Positions 1-12,737 of a stretch of 64,000 bases of DNA are shown here, piece after piece. Location of the stretch: assembly GCF_006345805.1 (NCBI RefSeq), contig NW_021833020.1, positions 1 to 64,000 of the forward strand, read 5' to 3'. The notes under the pieces are model-generated. The model saw only the letters and a list, made by a program, of their open reading frames with translations. It ran no database searches and was not told the origin of the DNA. The DNA comes from Octopus sinensis (lineage: Eukaryota). A program made the translations under genes and the position numbers. Numbering within the stretch: position 1 is the first letter of the stretch; each line of letters opens with the position of its first letter.

Positions 1-43
<43 letters not shown>

Positions 44-160
44 ATATGTATATATATATACACACACACACATGCACATGCACACACACACACACACACG
101 CACACACACGCACACACACACGCCACACACACACACACACACCACATATATGATGTATAT
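1..160. repeat. (TA)n/(CA)n compound microsatellite
   Basis: Direct reading of the sequence. Confidence 0.95.
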
Positions 161-299
161 GTATCACAACGTCCACATGATCGACCAGACTTTCAGATGT
201 TGTTATACAATTCTGAATGCTGTGTCTTGCATTATTTTAGCTTTTGAACAAGATGCCATCTTGTTGGTTAGGCGAGCAGGACATCACCATTCCCCTTGA

Positions 300-385
300 T
301 TTGAAAGCTGGTCCATGATAGGGTGACCCGTTTACAGCTGAGTGGACCGGGGCAACAGGAAATGAAGTGTTTTGTTCAACAGCAC
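300..385 (-). mobile_element. SINE fragment, probably same family as 57722-57990
   Basis: cagctgagtggaccggggcaacaggaaatgaagtgttttgttcaa is the reverse complement of the ttgagcaagacatcattttacattgctccagtcccctca-type body at ~57805-57842. Confidence 0.45.
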
Positions 386-414
386 ACACACACACACACA
401 CATTTATAGATATC

Positions 415-660
415 ATCATTTAACGTTGATTTTCAATGCTGGCATGGGTTGGATGGTTTGACAGGAGCTGGCAAGTCTAGGAGCTATCCCAGGTTCCATT
501 GCCTGTTCTAGCATGGTATCTAAAGTTGGATATCCTTCTGAACACCAACTACTTCACCCAGTGTACTGGGTTCTTTTAATGTTGCCCCAGCATCAGTGCC
601 CTTGCATGTGCTTTTATGTGGCACCAGCACCAGTGAATTTCATGTGGCAACATCACTGAC
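415..660 (-). mobile_element. 3' tail of RTE-associated repeat
   Basis: catcatttaacgttgattttcaatgctggcatgggttggatggtttgacagg...gttggatatccttctgaacaccaac matches, from memory, the reverse complement of an RTE 3' UTR ending in (GAT)n; same strand as the RTE relic at 1325-2142. Confidence 0.5.
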
Positions 661-1324
661 AAGGTCACCAAGTACTTTGCAAGAGAAAAGGGAGAAAAAT
701 AGGCAAGTCCCTTAACTAGGAGAGCCGGGTAGTATTGCATTGGGGATGGCTTTGTGCCATTTGAGAGACTGAAGGTATAGAGGGAGAAGTATAGGTGTGT
801 TGTTGTAATGTAGATACATGGATACCCCAGTTGGGAGGGAAAAGAGAATGAGTGAGAGAGTGATCTGAAGAGAGTGACAGTGAGTGAGATGATGGCAGAG
901 ATGAGTGAGGACATGCCCTCGAGGGGCTTTGAGGATGGTGAGAATAGGTGAAATGATACAAATGTTTGGGCTGGGTTAGAGATGACTATAGCAAATGATG
1001 GAGAGGAACCTAAGAGAGGCTTGGGGTGGGTTTGCAGTGTTATGTGAAGGGCTTTGGAGATGATAGCAGTTAAGTGGGGGTGTTAATGATAAAGAGCAGC
1101 AGAGCGGGGAGAAGGTGCAGAAAGGAGGTGGTTGGTGGAGAGAGTAAGTGGGAAAAGATAATGGGGAATAGAAATGGTTTGGGGTTGGGGAAGGGAGAAA
1201 GCTGAGGGATGCAGTATGTCCCTATACTGCTCTCAGGTGATACAGAAGTGATGGATGTTAGGGAATGAAATGATGATGGGGCAGAGCCCCTTACAGACAA
1301 ACATTATGAAGGTGGTTTTAGGAT

Positions 1325-1799
1325 ATCAACTCTGCTGTGATGGACGGATCTTCTTGAGTACAGTAAGGTGCCAGATATCTTGATCCTTTGTCATTTCCTT
1401 CATAAGACTCAGCATCTTGAGACCAGCCTTCAAAACTTTGTCCCCGTGTCTTCCTGGGTCTCCTTCTTCCACAACTTCCACCCACTTTAAGTGAGCAGCA
1501 CTTTTTTATGCAACTGTCCTCATCCATCCGCATCACATGACCAAACTAGCACAGTCTTCTCTTTTGCACGTTGCATCTAATTCCTCTCATGCCTAACCTC
1601 TCTCTCAATACACTAGCACTCTGTCACACACGTACACTGACATTACACACCCAGCAGAGCATACTAGCCGCGTTCCTCTCTAGTCTTTCCTTGTCCTCTG
1701 CATTCATGACCCATGTCTCACTACCATTCAGCATTACAGTTCACACACATGCCTCATACAAACTTCCTTTCACTTGGAAAGACAGAGAGGGAGAGAGAG

Positions 1800-1844
<45 letters not shown>

Positions 1845-2142
1845 CTTGGTTGCCAACGAAGTCAAAAGCTCTCTTTAATTTCTCCATCCTATTCTTGTTC
1901 TAGCAACTACACTTTTGGTACATCTTCCTGATTTGGATTAGGTCACCTATGTAGCAGAAATTATTAACTACTTCTAGAGTGCAACCAGGACATTTGAGAA
2001 AATCAATTTCCCATGCATCTGTAGGCTTTATGGCTCCTGTGCATCTTCTGCATACAAACCCCACATTCCCTGTTAACCACTGCACCTTATATTTGTCCAT
2101 AGTTTGCCCTGGGTACACCATATGGAATTCCTGCCTACACAT
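1325..2142 (-). mobile_element. RTE-clade LINE, degenerate 3' part of ORF, split by (GA)n at ~1781-1845
   Basis: Frameshifted translation gives FVCRRCTGAI..LEVVNNFCYIGD, LYEACV.TVMLNGSETWVMN, FGHVMRMDEDSCIKKC..GRRRPRKT and EMTKDQDIWHLTVLKKIR, typical post-RT RTE motifs. Confidence 0.85.
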
Positions 2143-2409
2143 TTCCTACTCACTAAACAGCTATTTATTTGAAAGCAGGGAGAGTCCTGTCCACTTTCTT
2201 GCTTACCAGGACCTTGGTCTTTGCTAGGTTAACTTTAAGACCTTTTGGTTACAGGTTTTCTTTCCACACCTAGAATTTCGTTTCTAGTTCTATTACAGAT
2301 TCTGCTTCAGGAGCGAGATCATCGGCGTTTAGTAGTTCCCATGGGCTTTATGAACACTTACCTGTACATTAAATTCATCACTGTACTCATGGATTATATT
2401 CCTTGTCAT

Positions 2410-2920
2410 TTTTCTCTCCCCAAGTGTTTCTATCTTTCAAGACATTTTTGAGGTCTTCTATTTGTAACTGGACATCAAGAGAGAATTGATCAATGTACAT
2501 CATTCTGGATTGTCTTATTTGAGAATACCCATGGCTCATGGTCCACAAAAGGAACTCGCTAATTCATCTTTGCTTCAATAGCACTGACCAGCATATCTTC
2601 TCCCCTGCTCCTGGATGATTGATGATATGTTGGGGGATATTTCCACAAACCTCTTCTTTAGTTAGATATTGTTCCCTTGATTTGAAACTGCATGCAACAT
2701 ATGTGTGCATATCCTATCAAGTTTGCTTTCTATCTTTTGTACCGGAGCCCATGCGAATGACATGTTGCAAAGCATTGATTCTGCTATTGCTCTGAGGAAT
2801 TTCCTTTCTATCCGATCAATGTAGTCTTCCAATACATTCCATGCTTTTGATAATTGAACTGATACATCTTTCATGGATGAGATATCATTTCCAAGATAAG
2901 TGAAATGTTTACTCATACTT
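2410..2920 (-). mobile_element. RTE/RTE-X LINE 3' fragment (pseudogenised)
   Basis: FTYLGNDISS..KAW, FLRAIAESML..W..ESKLD..THML, RRYAGQCY.SKDEL, YIDQFSLDVQLQIEDLKNVLKDRNTW. Confidence 0.75.
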
Positions 2921-3480
2921 AATCATACGCACAAATACATTTCCATAGAAATAATAGTGCATTAACCGAAGGTATGCCTGTAAGAACTTGAGGAAAACAA
3001 GGACTGTTACCTTAAAAATTAAGAAACAACATATACTGTTGCATATATCCTGATGGACCTATATATGCCTGTGGCATCTGGGCACATATGACCATCTCTA
3101 GCCTGAAGAATTGATTATTGATCTGTTGATCTACATGGGTAGGAGGAATCTATGGAGATGTATTTAGATTTTTCTGTATACTTGTCTTTAACCCTTTAAC
3201 TGTGAAATTAAATCTCAAAGTAATTCTAATAATTATGTTAAATTATCTACCAAAAAATAGAATTGGTATTTTCTTTAAGACATGCTACCTCAGTAAACTT
3301 GACATATCTCAACAGAAAATAATTGCAAACATAACATTCCTCATAGATAGATTGGTATATAAAATTACTTTCCACAAATAATGGTAGTAAAATTTTGAGT
3401 GGATATATCTCGCTTCTTAAGTAGAGTGTGTGATTACAAGAAACCATATTTCTGTTTGTGGGTGAATTCTACAAAGAGAT

Positions 3481-3622
3481 GCAAGCATGTGTGTGGTGAG
3501 AAGTTTGCTATCTAATCGAATGATTCTGGGTTCAGTTCCACTGTGAGGGCAAATGTCTCCTACTATGCCCTTGGGCTGACCAAAGCCTTGTGAATGGATT
3601 TGGTAGATGGAAACTGAAAAGA
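3481..3622 (+). mobile_element. tRNA-derived SINE family A, 5' half only
   Basis: gtgtggtgagaagtttgct...gggttcagttccac (B box)...ccaaagccttgtgaatggatttggtagatggaaactgaaa aligns by eye with the full copies at 10969 and 12296. Confidence 0.75.
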
Positions 3623-4264
3623 CATACATACAAACGTACGTATGTACATGCATACATACATACTTATTTATACACATACAAACATACATACATACAATAC
3701 TTACACATACATACATACTACAAACATACATACAACATACAATACATACATACATATATACATCATACACACACATACATACATACATACACATACATAC
3801 ATACATACATACATACACACACACATCATACTACATACATACATACAATACTATATAACATAATATATACATACATACATACACACATACATACATACAT
3901 CTACATATATACATAATACATACATACACACACACATACATACATACATACATACATACATACATACACACACATACATACATATATACATACATACATA
4001 CATATATACATATATACATACATACACAGACACATACATACATACATACTACACACACACATACATACATACATACATACATACATACATACATACATAC
4101 ACACCACACACACATACATACATACATACATACATACATACTTACACATACATACATACATACTATATACATACATATATACATACATACACACATACAT
4201 ACATACATACATACATACATAAATACATACACACATACATACATACATACATACATACATACAC

Positions 4265-4297
<33 letters not shown>

Positions 4298-4882
4298 TAC
4301 ATATATACATACATATATACATACATACACACACACACATACATACACATACATATATACATATATACATACATACACACACATACATACATACATACAT
4401 ACATACATACAATACATACATACATACATCCAACACATACATACATACATACATACATACATACATACATACACATACATACATATACATACATACATAC
4501 ACACATACATACATACATACATATATACATATATACATACATACACACACACATACAATACATACATACATACATACATACATACATCACACACATACAT
4601 AATATATACATACATACATACATATATACATATATACATACATACACAGACACATTTACATACATACACACACACAACACATACATATACATACATACAT
4701 ACATACATACATACATACACACAACACACACATACATACATACATACATACATACATACTTACACATACATACATACATACATATATACATACATATATA
4801 CATACATACACACATACATACATACATACATACATACAAAATACATACACACATACATACATACATACATACATACATACAC

Positions 4883-4915
<33 letters not shown>

Positions 4916-5167
4916 TACATATATACATACATATATACATACATACACACACACACATACATACATACATATATACATATATACATACATACACACACAT
5001 ACATACATACATACATACATACATACATACATACATACATACATACACACACACATACATACATACATACATACATACATACATACATACACATACATAC
5101 ATATACATACATACATACATACATACATACATACATACATACATACATACATACATACATACATACA
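3622..5167. repeat. ~1.55 kb compound (CATA)n/(CA)n microsatellite
   Basis: Direct reading; source of all YVCM/HTYI pseudo-ORFs here. Confidence 0.97.
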
Positions 5168-5289
5168 ACTGTCCTAAAATGTCGTCACAGTGCTACCTCC
5201 CTACGCGGCACGATGTTGTCACTTAAACAATTTACAATGCCATCCAAAAAAAAATAGACTGTCCTGAAATAAACCTAGAAAATTCTTCT

Positions 5290-5790
5290 GTTATGGAATA
5301 CATTCATAAAAACCAACTCAATTAATACTAGTGGAATATTTCCATCAAAACTTCTCACAAATGTAAACATAACAGGTCGGATATTGTTGTTTGGGACAGA
5401 GGGGCAAAGGTATGTACCATCATAGAGGTTAGCTGCCCTGCAGATATAAATATCTCTTTGAAAATCAAAGAAAAAGAGGATATCTATGGACAATTATTTC
5501 GAAACCGCCAGTTTCTATATCCGGCATATGAATTCATATTCATACCACTAATAATTGGAGCACCAGGTTTTGTTAGTAAATGCTTAAAGGAGAATCTGGA
5601 TAAACTAGGATTTTCAGAAAAAAAAAATGACCGGCTGATTCGTACAAGTGCGAATAAAAATATGCAAGACTTTTCTCAAGTTCCAAATGTGAATTTGTCT
5701 GTTACCTACCTCTCAAAGATGGAGCCCTGTATCTCTATTGGAAACCGGCTCCCTCCTTAGTGGAAGATTTATAATAATTAAAAAGTAGAA
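5290..5790 (+). mobile_element. Non-LTR retrotransposon with restriction-like endonuclease (R2/R4-type clades), C-terminal fragment
   Basis: KCKHNRSDIVVWDRGAKVCTIIEVSCPADINISLKIKEKEDIYGQL..FIPLIIGAPGFV: PD-(D/E)xK-type RLE domain. Confidence 0.8.
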
Positions 5791-5866
5791 GACAACGCAC
5801 AACGCACAACCACACCACCACAGTTCAGTGGCGTGCGGTGACTTTTGAGGTTGGTCATGCAATGAA

Positions 5867-7015
5867 TACGAGGGTTGATTGAAAAGTATATAGGCTGACC
5901 AAAATTCTCTCATAGAATGTAGTCAAATGAAGTTTTGTGTTTCAGCATACAGTCTCAATTGCAGTCTACACACTTCTTCTATTGATGTTGCAGTGCTCGG
6001 AGCTCATTGGTGCAGAAGCTTTCACCCTGTTAGAAAATTTACCGGCAGTAGACATGATGTCATCATCACCGATACTGGTTCTCAGCCATGTGTTTTTCAC
6101 GTTGGCAAACAGACGATAGTCAAATGGGGCCAAATCAGGAGAATAGGGTTGGTGATCAACCAGTTCAAAGCCATAGCAGCCATTGAAACCAAGGACATGT
6201 GTGCTGGAACACGAACGAAGCCCCTTTTGTCAGTTTTCCTGGGCGTTTGGTAACTGCCTCAACATGTTGGCATAGTGCACTCCCTTGATTATGTGGCCCT
6301 TTTGAAGATATTCAATAAACAGACCACCCATAACTAAGGCTACCACCTTCCCTGCAAATGATGATACGATCTTTGTCTTCTTTCGGGCAGATGAGGAGGG
6401 ATATTTCCACTGCATGGATTGTCTCTAGCTTAAAGTAACCCCTTTACAGGTGAGGATACGCTCAAGAAGATCGCTGGATCTGCCTCAAACAATTTTCCCG
6501 TCATCTGACCCAGCTGGAGCGCTTTTGATGAAGTGTCAGAACACGTGGCACCCATCGTACATTGTGCAGAGTATCCTCAACTCTTTCACGGGATATGTTA
6601 ATAACATTGCCTATTTGATTCATGCGCCTGTTATCCATCAACATGCGGTGAACACAATGATTTTCTCGGTGGTGGCAATTGTGGAGCGCCCTGGGTCATC
6701 TTCGAACTCTCCCTCATCCTCCTAATTCAGCTTCCCACTTTTAACACTGTTGATAAAGCTGGAACGTCATCCTGTAACGTGGAAACCCTGTCCGCATGAA
6801 CGTCTTCTGGGGGCTAAAAGCCTTTTTCTGAAGACAACACGATGCCAGATTTTATTTCTTTTCCAGAGAAGTTGCTCCCAGTTAGTTTTGAAGTCTTCTT
6901 TGAACAGGTAGATGTCAGTTTACCTGAAAGGAAACAATGCAGTCACTTATAGGAACACATGCAAGATTTCTAGCATCGCTCCTTCAAAGTCAGCCTAGGA
7001 AGTTTTCAACCTACT
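5867..7015 (-). mobile_element. Mariner (Tc1/mariner) element with decayed transposase
   Basis: WVPRVLT (~6545-6565) and QPYSPDLAPFDYRLF (~6110-6155) motifs; left end TA+cgagggttgattgaaaagtatataggctgac at 5867-5899 with partial inverted copy gtcagcctaggaagttttcaac at 6989-7010. Confidence 0.88.
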
Positions 7016-7137
7016 TTGATTCATTTTTGAAATTGTTTAATTAAGAGAACCAAATTAGTTTCGTAACATGACCGTCATGGTCGCTGTTTTAATGCGTTTA
7101 AGTTTTTTTTTAAAGATGTACAAAAAATTTACAAACC

Positions 7138-8552
7138 TCATTTATAAATTAATTCAATTCTTTGATCTTTCAGGACAAATATATTTATTACATTGTCATA
7201 GAAATCTTCTGTTTTAATCAGTTGTTGAATTAAATCTTTTTCAATTGATTAAAAAACAATTCTGAAAGTCTTCGCTCTCTTGCTGTATTTCTTTGGTAAG
7301 TTTTAATTCTTTTCAATACAGAAAACAACTGCTCTACAGAGACAGTTGTAGATGGAATTGTCAAAATAAGATTACAAAGATTGAAGAGTTCTGGCATAGC
7401 TTCAAGCAGATCATTGATATAAACGTAATGTATTAAATTACTCACAATTTGCTTTATAAAATCTCGCATAGCATACAAAACATTTAGTTCACTCTGTAAT
7501 CGCATTAGGCCCAAAAAATTACCACAAGTAGTTTTTAAAGAATCTGAAGTATCCACTGAAAATGTTTTGCGATATTCCTCACTTTTGCTGATATTGAAAA
7601 GTTCTATGAATTTAAGCTCTTCTAAGGACGAGTATTGAGTCTTGCGTTTTTAATTGGTGAGCTATTGTGTCAATTGTTTTGTTACATAACATTCTATAAT
7701 GTTGTTGAGAATCAGCAGATTTATTCTTGAATCTCTTAATTTCAATTGCTGCATCGATTCCCTATTTTTCCTCTAACATATCATAAAATATTGAAAAATC
7801 CTTGAGTTTATTTTCAAGCACAGTTCTAGTTTTATCCATTTGCTCTTTACAATACACTATGTCATGACTTTTATCAATGAAAGAGAATGTCACTAAATAT
7901 TTCTAATAAAAATAAGAAACCAGGAGCTTTTAAAATATGTAAGAATCTAATAGCAGAATTTATTGTGGTCTCATCCCATGCATCAGGGTTTTCAATGATG
8001 TCTTCAAAAAGGCTGATTATGAAATTATAATTTTCTTTAATAGTAAGAACAAGACGTGAGGAGTAGTTCCATCTAGTTCCTGTAGCTTTGGAAATTTTTT
8101 TAAAGTATTTTATTGAACGCAGATAATTTCGTAAAAAATGACCTATGGTAGAAAAAATTATCTTGCATTCTTTTATAGCAAGAGCATTCTTGCGAAAGAA
8201 CTAAATTTAGGACATGAGCACAGCATTGAACAAAGATCGCTCATTTATATTTCTCTCTTACCTTTGGCTGCAACCCATTTAATTGTCCTGCCATTGTAGC
8301 AGCACCATCTTAGGTTTGGACAATTAATTTGTTATCACACTTCCTGGTTTCAATGCATTTAAAACATGTTCAGATAAACGATTTGCTGAACGATCTGCAC
8401 AAACATGTTTGAAGCTGATAAATCGTTCTTTAATAACACAATCTTTCGTAATACAATGTAAAACAATTGACAGTTATGAATAGCTCGATACATCGGATGT
8501 TTCATCTACAAGAATAGCTACAAATTTTGCCTGCTTCAGTTCATTTTCTGCT
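7138..8552 (-). pseudogene. hAT-superfamily transposase remnant (ZMYM1/DUF4371-like plus dimerisation domain)
   Basis: AILVDETSDVS, DGAATMAGQLNGLQPKV, FVQCCAHVLNLVL, PELFNLCNLILTIPSTTVSVEQLFSVLKRIKTY; multiple stops and frameshifts; upstream part lost at the (TG)n tract. Confidence 0.85.
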
Positions 8553-8554
8553 TC

Positions 8555-8555
<1 letters not shown>

Positions 8556-8609
<54 letters not shown>

Positions 8610-8620
8610 CGCGTGTGTGT
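8556..8620. repeat. (TG)n(CG)n alternating purine-pyrimidine microsatellite
   Basis: Direct reading. Confidence 0.95.
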
Positions 8621-9224
8621 GAATTGAAAGTCAATTTGAATAAATCAACGAAGAAACGAAAGATTCTGGTCAAAAGGGCAAAATTTCAAATTACATTGGA
8701 CGAATATTCCAAAAAAGAAGTCCAGCAACATAACAATGAACAATAAATATGAAACAAATATAAAATAAACTTTGTTCCGAAGGCAAAACTTTGGCCCTTA
8801 GTAGCCTTGACTGACAAAGAATTTTGAAAGGGCTTTTTATTATTAGACTGAGGTCAAATCCATTCAACCACGAGGTCGGTCTTTAGCGACATCAATTACA
8901 AAGAACTGACAGAGGTATCGACATTGCATGACCTCGAAGCTATTTTTTAACGGGTTGGAAAATGAGGTCAGAATAGAGCTGTCTTCAATAATCCAAGTAA
9001 TACTTACTACGCTCATATTGTATCCTCCGACCGTCTTCTTCAAATCAGTTTATATAAGTTAGTTTCGTTTCCAATGATTTCGAAGACGTTTTGACGTAGT
9101 TACAAATAAATTACGTTATTAAATTCATTTTTGATTTATATAAAAAAATAAATGTCCATGCGATGCATGATTTGCACAGCTGTATATGTGTATGTGCGTA
9201 TGTGTGTGTATGTGCATGCGCGCG

Positions 9225-9420
9225 CATGTTTGTTCGTTTTAGATCTCTGCCACCACTTGACAATAGGTGCAAGCGTGTTTGCATTCTCATGACTTAGTGA
9301 TTCGACAAAAGTGGATGACAGAATAAGTACTGAGGTTGATCTGTTTAGTTAAACCCTTCAAAGTGGTGCCCCAGTATGGCCGAAATGCAATGATTAAAAT
9401 AAGGAAAGGACAAAAGATTA
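9225..9420 (+). mobile_element. SINE family A, 3' half, diverged
   Basis: ccaccacttgacaataggtg...gacagaataagtact...ccttcaaagtggtgccccagtatggccg matches the 3' half of the 10969 copy. Confidence 0.6.
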
Positions 9421-9554
9421 AAGAAACCAAATTCCTGCTCGTGGGTGTTCTAAAAATGGATCCTTAAAGGTAGAATTTTTTGTAGATTTTTATATAGTTA
9501 CTACTTATAGAACTTTGGGGCAATTGCAGTTAAGTTTGAGTGAAAGCTTCAGTG

Positions 9555-9780
9555 TTTGTTGTTTGTAGAAAGATACTGCTGGATAAGCAAAGATGAAATA
9601 CTCAGCCATCTCCCTCTTTGGAAACCCATGTATGGACATACAGGTAGACCAAGAAGAACATATTTCAATCAACTTGTGGCAGACACCGGACATCAAGTTG
9701 AGGATTTAAAGACTGCTTTGGAAGATTGGTACATCTGGCGCAGAAGAGTTGCATTGGCCCAGGTATGTCGCTTGACCATA
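9555..9780 (+). mobile_element. RTE/RTE-X LINE 3' end
   Basis: YCWISKDEILSHLPLWKPMYGHTGRPRRTYFNQLVADTGHQVEDLKTALEDWYIWRRRV. Confidence 0.8.
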
Positions 9781-9879
9781 TTGATAGATAAATGAATACA
9801 TAATACATACATACATACACACATACATACATAGAAAGCTCTGTGATGAGAGTAACATCGATCATCAAAGCAGTTTATC

Positions 9880-10474
9880 ATGGACGAATAGCCGGATTAC
9901 TACCTCCCACTTTGAAGGGTATGCGTTTGCAATCCAGGAACAGGAAATATCAATCAAGCACCTGATGCACAAAAGGGACAGAGATACAGGAAAAGCCGTG
10001 AAATGTGACAGTCGATGCAGACTTTGTGGAGTTAACACTGAAGGTTTCATACACATCATAAGTAATTGTCCGAAAATGTTATCACGGTATAATCTGCCGA
10101 TGAGACATGATGTAGTTAGGACACTATATAATGAAATCCGCCGGAAGGATAATCCTGAGGACAAAGAAATAAGAACCCATAATATGGTAGAAGCCCTAGC
10201 CTCTCATAATAAAAAGGAATACTGCTGGAATGTACCAGTGAAGACCACAATATAATGTAAGCACAACAGACCTGATTGCGCACAGTTGTGGAAATTAGCT
10301 GCCCAGCGGATGTCAAAACTGAAGATCAGTGAAAAACTGAATAATGACATACATACATACATACAAACAAACAAACAAAAATACCCTGCTATTGCTGTTG
10401 AAATTCCAATGATCTAGGTTAGAAACCGGCTCTTTCTCTATTGCCAAGAAATCTTGAAATAAACTGAATAATGA

Positions 10475-10475
<1 letters not shown>
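9880..10475 (+). mobile_element. RLE-type non-LTR retrotransposon fragment (CCHC knuckle, start of RLE, 3' tail present twice)
   Basis: FEGYAFAIQEQEI, CRLCGVNTEGFIHIISNCP..RHDVV, KHNRPD, VEISCPADV; tail aaactgaataatga at ~10334-10347 and ~10460-10473. Confidence 0.8.
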
Positions 10476-10760
<285 letters not shown>

Positions 10761-10968
10761 AGTTAATAATAGTGACGTAAGGAGAAAGGTGCGGAAATTG
10801 CTATGTTTTAGCTTTTTGGGAAATTTATGTTTGAAATGTTTTGGAGTTTTGAAGACTTGCTGTACAGATTTGATTAGGTTTGTTGCTTACTCAGGCAGGT
10901 TGCGTGTTGTACGATACTTTTCAGTTAATGCTAAGCGAGATATTTTAAACTTTAGTGTATGTGTGGGT

Positions 10969-11350
10969 GCAGGCGTGGCTGTGTGGTAAGAAGTTTGCTT
11001 CCGAACCACATGATTCCTGGTTCAGTCCCACTGCGTGGCACCTTGTGCTAGTGGCTTTTATTGTAGCTCCAGGCTGCTCAAAGCCTTGTGAGCAGATTTG
11101 ATAAACGGAAACTGAAAGAAGCCTATCATATACATGTGTGTGTGTGCCTTTGTGTTTGTCTCCTACCACTACTCGACAACCGATATTGGTTTATTTACGT
11201 CCCCGTAATTTAGCGGTTTGGCAAAAGGGAACGATAGAATGAGTACCAGGCTTTAAAAAAATAAATATTAGGGTAGGTTCATTCAACTAAAAATCCTTCA
11301 GGTGGCGCCCCAGCGTGGCCGCAGTCCAGTGACAGAAACAAATAAAAGAT
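10969..11350 (+). mobile_element. Full-length tRNA-derived SINE family A
   Basis: A box tggctgtgtgg, B box ggttcagtccc, internal (TG)n, 3' end gtggccgcagtccagtgacagaaacaaataaaagat; several homologous copies in this window. Confidence 0.85.
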
Positions 11351-11514
11351 ATGTTTATGGAGTTATGTTCTTCGATGGGTCTAAATACTTGTACATAGTT
11401 TCGCTTTCTTTTTAGTCAAGCCTCGAGATGGACCCCAATCCCAATCCTCTTTAATACCTTTTTCTGGAGAGTTACATAGGTAACGAGGCAGCCAACAGGG
11501 TTTCCTTTTTCTTG

Positions 11515-12086
11515 TCGGCGGGACGCGAAATTCTTTTTTCCATAAGAGTTCCGGACCCCAGTTATGAACTCATTTGCATACAGCCAATCAGAGCTCAACT
11601 ATCAAACTAATTCATGAACGCATAACACGTGATGGGCGATAAGGTAAGGATACTTGGGTAAGGAACGACCATGCTTTCTTTCTCTTTTAATAATGCTTGT
11701 TGTTCTTGTTCTTGTTCCAACCATGGCTGCCTCTGCGTAGTTATTTGTGTTGTTGTTTATTTTATAAAACAGTAAGGGGAGAATGTTGCTAGCACATCAC
11801 CCTCTACCCACATTTTCCCCATCCACATTTTTACCACATGGTGCCCTAACAAAATCATATAATAGGTGTAGATGCAAATGTATCGAATTACTTGTCTCCT
11901 TCTAATATCAGGCGTAACTTGGCGATCGGCCGACCTACAACACAGTTCTTCGTCTTCAGTTTACTTGGTAGAGCGCGTTTGTTAATTTGACAACAAGGTC
12001 AAGGTGAGCTCTGATTGGCTGTCTGTAAATGAATTCATTATTGGGGTCCAGAACTCTCGTGGGGGAAAAAGTTTCGCCGGCGGAAC
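11515..12086. repeat. Imperfect inverted repeat pair (~11515-11600 / ~12003-12086), MITE-like
   Basis: gagttccggaccccagttatgaactcatttgcatacagccaatcagagctca versus reverse complement of tgagctctgattggctgtctgtaaatgaattcattattggggtccagaactc. Confidence 0.7.
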
Positions 12087-12295
12087 ACTTTAAACCATTA
12101 AGGTGTATTTTCATTACACGTAACCGTTAAACCTTGAGGGCGGTTGACGCCGCCTAATTAACCTACGAACTTGGGACCAGCACGTGCTTCAGATTGAACT
12201 GAGAATCAGCATCGTCAGACAACGGAGAATCGGCAGTAATTGATACCTCAGGCAATTCAGGAATCATGCCTGATATTTCAAGTAACTCAGAATCT

Positions 12296-12737
12296 TCTGC
12301 GATAAGAAACTTGCTTCACAACCACATGGTTCTGGGTTCAGTCCCACTGCATGGCACTTTGAGCAAGAGTGTTCTACGTTAGCCTCAGGCCTTGTGAGTG
12401 CATTTGGTAGACGGAAATTGAAACAAGCACGTCGCATATAAATATAAATATAAATAAATAAATATATATATATATACACACACACACACATGCATACATG
12501 TGTGCGTATGAGCGTGCGAGTGCGTGTGTCTGTGTTTGTCCCCCAACCACCGCTTCACAACTGGTGCTGGTGTGTTTGTGTCCCTGTAACTTAGCGGTTC
12601 GGCAAAAAAAATGACACCGATAGAATAAGTACCAGGCTTAACAAAAAATAAGTCCTGGGTCCGATACATTTAACTAAAAATTATTAAAGGCAATGCGTCT
12701 GCATGACGCAGTCTACTGACTGAAACAAGTAAAAGAT
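12296..12737 (+). mobile_element. Near-full-length SINE family A
   Basis: B box gggttcagtccc; body and tail gactgaaacaagtaaaaga homologous to the 10969 copy. Confidence 0.85.

Noticed and set aside
700-1310. Purine-rich + strand segment with faint Penelope-RT-like words on the minus strand
   Set aside because: No diagnostic RT motif could be read; left unassigned.
3417-5168. Long ORFs up to 419 aa (YVCM/HTYI repeats), and similar ones at 14.7-15.9, 42.7-43.1, 48.2-48.8, 50.5-52.0 and 59.1-59.3 kb
   Set aside because: They are translations of stop-free microsatellites.
12095-12296. Minus-strand acidic reading frame with AG/GT borders (12296-12167)
   Set aside because: The acceptor comes from the adjacent SINE, and an overlapping frame ends VRRLIRRRQPPSRFNGYV*, like a Gypsy integrase tail. 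Neither reading is well supported.
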